Below, piece after piece: positions 60,701 to 64,000 of a stretch of 64,000 nt of DNA. The position numbers were made by a program, and so were the translations under genes. The notes under the pieces were generated by a model, which saw only the letters and a list, made by a program, of their open reading frames with translations, was not told the DNA's origin and searched no databases. Numbering within the stretch: the stretch's first letter is position 1; every line of letters starts with the position of its first letter. Origin of the DNA: Candidatus Eiseniibacteriota bacterium (GTDB lineage: Bacteria > Eisenbacteria > RBG-16-71-46 > CAIMUX01 > VGJL01); NCBI GenBank assembly GCA_041946735.1, contig JBHGAY010000004.1:32001-96000 (forward strand), written 5' to 3'.

Positions 60701-62553
60701 GTCTCTTCGCCCTTGTACAGGCAGACCTGCGCCCCCGCCTCCGGCACTCCATGGTCGGAGACCTGGACTACGAACGAGTTCGCCCCGAGCGGGATCGACG
60801 CCTCGTGCTGGACGGCCATCTCGTACGGATAGCCGGTGAAGCACTCGAGCGCCGGATCGCCCATCAAGTTGTTCCAGTGCGACCAGATAATGACACGGTT
60901 CGGATCGACCGTCTGGTAGTTCAGCCAGAGCTCGAGCTTGCCGCGCGTCAGCGCCGCCCCCAGCTCGTAGTCCTCGTTGTAGAGCAGGCCATAGAGAATC
61001 CCGTAGTGGATGCAGTTGTTGAACCGGGTGTGCGTTCCGATGGTGGCGGTCCCGATCGCCCCGATTCCGCCCCTCGGCGTCGTGGGGGTTCCGGCGCGCA
61101 AAAACCCCTCGCTCCTCGACGTTCCATTCGCGAACGATCCGGTGTCGCATGTGATGGTGACGACGAAGGGCAGCTTCCACCCGTTCGTGAGCGCGTAGGT
61201 GTTGTTGTTCCCCCAACCGCTCATGTTGTAGTAGCCGCGATAGCTGAAGACCGTGTCGCCCCGGTTGAGGGCAGTCGCCATCTGCGGAACGAAATCGCCG
61301 CTGAAGACGGTGTCGATCTGCGTGTATCCCAGCTGGCGGAGCCGCACCTTCGCCCATTGCTGGATTTGCACGCAGCTCGGGCCGGAGGGGTACGGGTCGC
61401 CGACGAGGCAAGCCCGCTGGAACCAGTTGGGATCGGCCAGGGAGGGAGCGCTTTCGTACCCGACGATCTTGGCGACGATCGTTTCCAGCTCCGTATAGCT
61501 GGAGAAGGAGAGGCGCCCGACGTGCGCGTCCGCGAGGACGTCACTCCCTTCGAGCTGCGTGTACGGATGGTCCCCTTCGCCGTAATAGCCCGAGACGTTC
61601 TCGTAGAACGTCGGAACCGAATACGACCCGTTGGCGTCGCCCGCGAGGACGATGAACTCGGGAGGGTTCGGCCAAGTGTTGTACGCGTTCTGGATGTACG
61701 CCTTGATCTGTTCGGCTGTCGTCCCGGTCTGCTGCGTCGTGACCGACACGACCGGCATCCCCTTTCGCTTGCGCCACTCGATCAGAGGCTGCAGGCGCGT
61801 GAGGACCCCCGCATCGCTGGAACTGATCAATAGCCAGGTGCCGTTCTCGACCACCAGGTTCTCGCCGCCGCCGGGCGCCGGATAGTTCATGACGACATCG
61901 CGGTAGATCCGGTCGAAGCTTCGCGGGATCGCGCTGCCCGGCAGGCCGCTCTCGAGGCTCCCCGGCTTTCCGCCGACGAAACGCACCTCGACCGACATTC
62001 GCTCCGTCACTCGCAGCGCGCGGCGGGCCGCGTCGTAGGCGATCGGGCGGAACGTGACCGGGACGAGCCGCAGCCCGCGCATCCGGGCCTGCTCCCCCGC
62101 TGCCGCCAGGTCTTCGTCTCCGTACCCGGGCCTCTCGTAGGCCGCCCGGTCGATCGTGAACGATCCCCCTTCGTCGGGTTGAAGCGGCGCGAGCAGGACT
62201 CCCGGCATCTCCTCGACCGTCTCGGCGCGCGCCTCGACCTGGACTTCGGCGTCCTCCGGCACCATCACGAGCCGGGTGAAGACAGGGATCGCAGGCTGGC
62301 CCACCTCCCCGATCCGAGCCCCTCCCGGGATCGTGACGGCCTGGAACCGCTCGCTTCCCTCTACGACGTCCACGACCTCCAGGACTGGGACGTCGAACCG
62401 CAGACGCACGCCGGAGTCATCCGATGAAAGGACTTCGATCGCCGGAAGGCTTCCTGGATCGGAGCCCGCCTCGCTTCGAATCTCGGGGAGGGCGGAAGCC
62501 GATCCGGAAACGACCAGGACGCCGAGCAGGCCCAGAAGTGGGAGCAGACGCAT
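57715..62553 (-). CDS. Peptidase C25 (gingipain-like) multidomain secreted protein with FlgD-type domain
   Basis: Propeptide GQPAIPV, WKRKRG-like IEWRKRKG, VGRLS, TITCDTGSF, NLMGDP; GPDRYGY domain; C-terminal NRPNPFNP...WDGRDDSG; AGGAGG RBS. Confidence 0.9.
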   Translation of the reverse strand: MRLLPLLGLLGVLVVSGSASALPEIRSEAGSDPGSLPAIEVLSSDDSGVRLRFDVPVLEVVDVVEGSERFQAVTIPGGARIGEVGQPAIPVFTRLVMVPEDAEVQVEARAETVEEMPGVLLAPLQPDEGGSFTIDRAAYERPGYGDEDLAAAGEQARMRGLRLVPVTFRPIAYDAARRALRVTERMSVEVRFVGGKPGSLESGLPGSAIPRSFDRIYRDVVMNYPAPGGGENLVVENGTWLLISSSDAGVLTRLQPLIEWRKRKGMPVVSVTTQQTGTTAEQIKAYIQNAYNTWPNPPEFIVLAGDANGSYSVPTFYENVSGYYGEGDHPYTQLEGSDVLADAHVGRLSFSSYTELETIVAKIVGYESAPSLADPNWFQRACLVGDPYPSGPSCVQIQQWAKVRLRQLGYTQIDTVFSGDFVPQMATALNRGDTVFSYRGYYNMSGWGNNNTYALTNGWKLPFVVTITCDTGSFANGTSRSEGFLRAGTPTTPRGGIGAIGTATIGTHTRFNNCIHYGILYGLLYNEDYELGAALTRGKLELWLNYQTVDPNRVIIWSHWNNLMGDPALECFTGYPYEMAVQHEASIPLGANSFVVQVSDHGVPEAGAQVCLYKGEETFAVGLTDAEGRAELPIHAASAGNMLLTVTKHDQYPYLATVPVQGQQRYVAYVASQIDDDAVGESQGDGDGILNPGESIELRVQLRNYGILSASGVNATLTCADPYVSIDDDAETFGDIPGGGSAWSADDFGLTVSAACPNAHVVRLGLDISSGTDVWHSLIDVPVSAPDLVCDGGYTLFDAGANGKLDPGETVRVSVKLTNEGNVAAVSPVATLLSMSEFATIQDATGTYPTIPGGAQGENTSDTFTIQADAATYPGYQAHFKIVTECSGGLRDTTYVTIPVGTRASTDPIGPDRYGYYAFDNTDVSYPEAPVYNWIELDPAYGGSGGVEVPLNDYGDGQDKSITVDIPFPFQFYGKGFTRATICSNGWIAMGSTYLAEYRNWTIPAAGGPENLIALFWDDLYQGGGSKVLQRYDAAEHRWIVEWSRLRNAYNNQPEVVEAIFYDPAYVTTETGDGVIVFQYNTVSNPDPVDGYCTVGIENADHSDGLLYTFFGQYPAGAATLAANRAVRFVPTREVVTGTIYGTVTNETAGGAGLPGATVTVLENGHEYVSGGNGGYLAAETTGVYTLTAAHDGFAPDTVSAVVVLAGGAVQVDFSLRDIAPPSIHAAQVPTTNDSIGPYRVDVQISDPSPLASATLYYRTNGGDFVAVPLTHLAGVFYRGEIPGQSWPTKVEYYVEAADVGENVGTDPTGAPESLYVFYVAPTLQVLADDMEVENPGWSNVSPEDDATGGRWVRVDPNGTYHEGGLVQPEDDHSADPGVTAWVTGNALPGLPETSADVDNGRTTLTSPRIFLDVDGIVILRYWRWFSNDTGTGPSDDPWVVQASDDDGQTWVDLERTTQSDRSWRLFEFDLSRYIDYTDAVRIRFVASDTGEPSVVEAAIDDVEVLFTGIQLASAGEEQELRFALEQNRPNPFNPRTTIRFSLPSAGPASLVIFDVQGRARRHLVEGPLAAGSHSAVWDGRDDSGHPLPSGIYLYRLDSTERGATRKMMLLQ

Positions 62554-62839
62554 GCAGTCCTCCTGCGGTCTCGCCGAGAGCGGAACAGCAACACACGATG
62601 GGGCCGGACGCGGTCCGCGTGGAGCCGCATCAGGACGGTTGCCATCAAGGATAACCGATTCGGCGCATGCCCGGAAGCCGCCCGTGAGGCCGCTCGCGAG
62701 ATCGCTCGTGAGGTCGCCGCGCTTGCGGGGCCGGCCAAATCGCAGCGGGAGGAGAGGTTGCCTGCCGGAGGAGAGGGGCGATGTGGTAGAATTGGCGTGC
62801 TCACTACGAGGTCGAGGCATTCATCTGGGGGATCCACGA

Positions 62840-64000
62840 ATGAAGAGATCGGTCGCTCTCGCGGCTCTGCTCCTTGCGTACGTGGGCGTCGCTCACGGCG
62901 TGATCCGGCAAGTGCCCTCGCAGTACCCGACGATCCAGGCGGCAGTCGATGCGTGCAATCCGGGGGACATCGTGCAGGTCGCCGCCGGAACCTACTCCGA
63001 CGTCACGCACCTTCCCGGCGGGCCGGACACGACCCTCTGCGCCGTCGTGATGAAGTCCGGAATCACCGTCCAGGGAGCCGGTCCCAATCTCACGATCGTC
63101 GATGCGGACTCGGCCGGACGCATCTTCCACTGCGACGGCGTCACCAACTCCACGATCCGCGACCTGAAGATCCGCCGGGCCTTCGCCCAGGCCCACGGCT
63201 GCGGGATCTTCTGCATCAACGGGTCGACCCCGACGATCGTCAACTGCGACATCGTGGAGAATGGCGATGGCGCGATCATCTGCCTGAACTCCTCTCCCAC
63301 GATCACGAACTGCAGGATCAACGACAACTCCTCCAAGCAGGGCGGCGGGCTGGCCTTCGAAGTGGGCTCGGCGCCGAGCGTGACCGATTGCCAGATCCTG
63401 CGGAATCAGGCGCCGGTCGCCGGCGGCGTATTCGTGCGAGGCGGCTCGGCCGCGATCTTCACGAACTGCGACATCAGCGACAACTTCGTAAACGCGCCGC
63501 TTGGACCCGGGGGAGGGCTCCAGGTGGTCAGCGCCCAGGCGACCCTGAACAACTGCCAGATCACCGGAAACCGGTCCGGAGGACCGGGGGGAGGACTCGC
63601 GATCTACGACGACGCCTCCGTCACCCTGAACACCTGCAACGTCTCGAGAAACAGGACCGTGGCGGCCGCTCCGTACACGCACGGCGGCGGATTCTTCATC
63701 GACAACTCGAACGTCACGCTGGAGGACTGCCTCATCACGCGCAACAAGGTCACGAGCGCCCAGTCCGAGGGCGCCGGCATCTACGTGACCGACTACATCG
63801 ATCCGACCCACTGGATCCTGAACGTCCACCAGTGCACGATCGCGCAGAATGAGAACCTCGCGAACCATCATGGGGGAGGCGGGATCACGACGGAGATGGC
63901 GTCACCCATCATTCAGCACTCGATCATCGCCGGGAACTTCGTCGCGATGCACTGCATCGATCCGGCCGACGACCCGGTGGTCTCGTGCAGCGACATCTTC
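62840..64000 (+). CDS. Secreted right-handed beta-helix protein (partial, runs off the window; absent from the ORF track)
   Basis: My translation: MKRSVALAALLLAYVGVAHG-VIRQVPSQYPTIQAAVDACNPGDIVQVAAGTY..., with GGG and CxIxxN repeats and no stop seen. Confidence 0.85.
   Translation, partial: MKRSVALAALLLAYVGVAHGVIRQVPSQYPTIQAAVDACNPGDIVQVAAGTYSDVTHLPGGPDTTLCAVVMKSGITVQGAGPNLTIVDADSAGRIFHCDGVTNSTIRDLKIRRAFAQAHGCGIFCINGSTPTIVNCDIVENGDGAIICLNSSPTITNCRINDNSSKQGGGLAFEVGSAPSVTDCQILRNQAPVAGGVFVRGGSAAIFTNCDISDNFVNAPLGPGGGLQVVSAQATLNNCQITGNRSGGPGGGLAIYDDASVTLNTCNVSRNRTVAAAPYTHGGGFFIDNSNVTLEDCLITRNKVTSAQSEGAGIYVTDYIDPTHWILNVHQCTIAQNENLANHHGGGGITTEMASPIIQHSIIAGNFVAMHCIDPADDPVVSCSDIF

Overview
High-GC bacterial chromosome segment with no rRNA, tRNA, CRISPR array or mobile element visible. 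Several secreted proteins end in an FlgD/T9SS-like Ig domain or a TWGxVRxx(Y/F) tail, which is reminiscent of Ca. Eisenbacteria and related FCB-group lineages (inference only). The main feature is a tightly coupled minus-strand respiratory operon of about 13 kb (886-13774), with mobA just upstream: Rrf2 regulator > GltD/NfnB-like NAD(P)H flavo-Fe-S protein > Rieske > b6-type fused cytochrome b > hexaheme cytochrome c > Tat-exported NarG-type molybdoenzyme > NarH-like beta subunit > EbdC-like heme b subunit > TorD-family chaperone > moaA. This joins a haloarchaeal-style periplasmic nitrate reductase to an anammox-style NAD(P)H-linked Rieske/cytb complex. Other contents: a GAF/sigma54 activator upstream of an NHLP-like peptide and TolC-MFP-RND pump; secreted PNGase F-like, beta-helix, double-propeller, spondin and C25-like proteins; a kinase-STAND-TPR protein; a Cys/His-rich lipoprotein; a DUF362/polyferredoxin/DUF6599 cluster; an M16 peptidase pair, purN, a ParB-like protein, a PflX-like radical SAM, an MltD-like transglycosylase, EamA and a Wzx-like flippase. 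Start codons were re-picked by eye from RBS and stop/start overlaps. All family calls come from motif recognition, not database searches.
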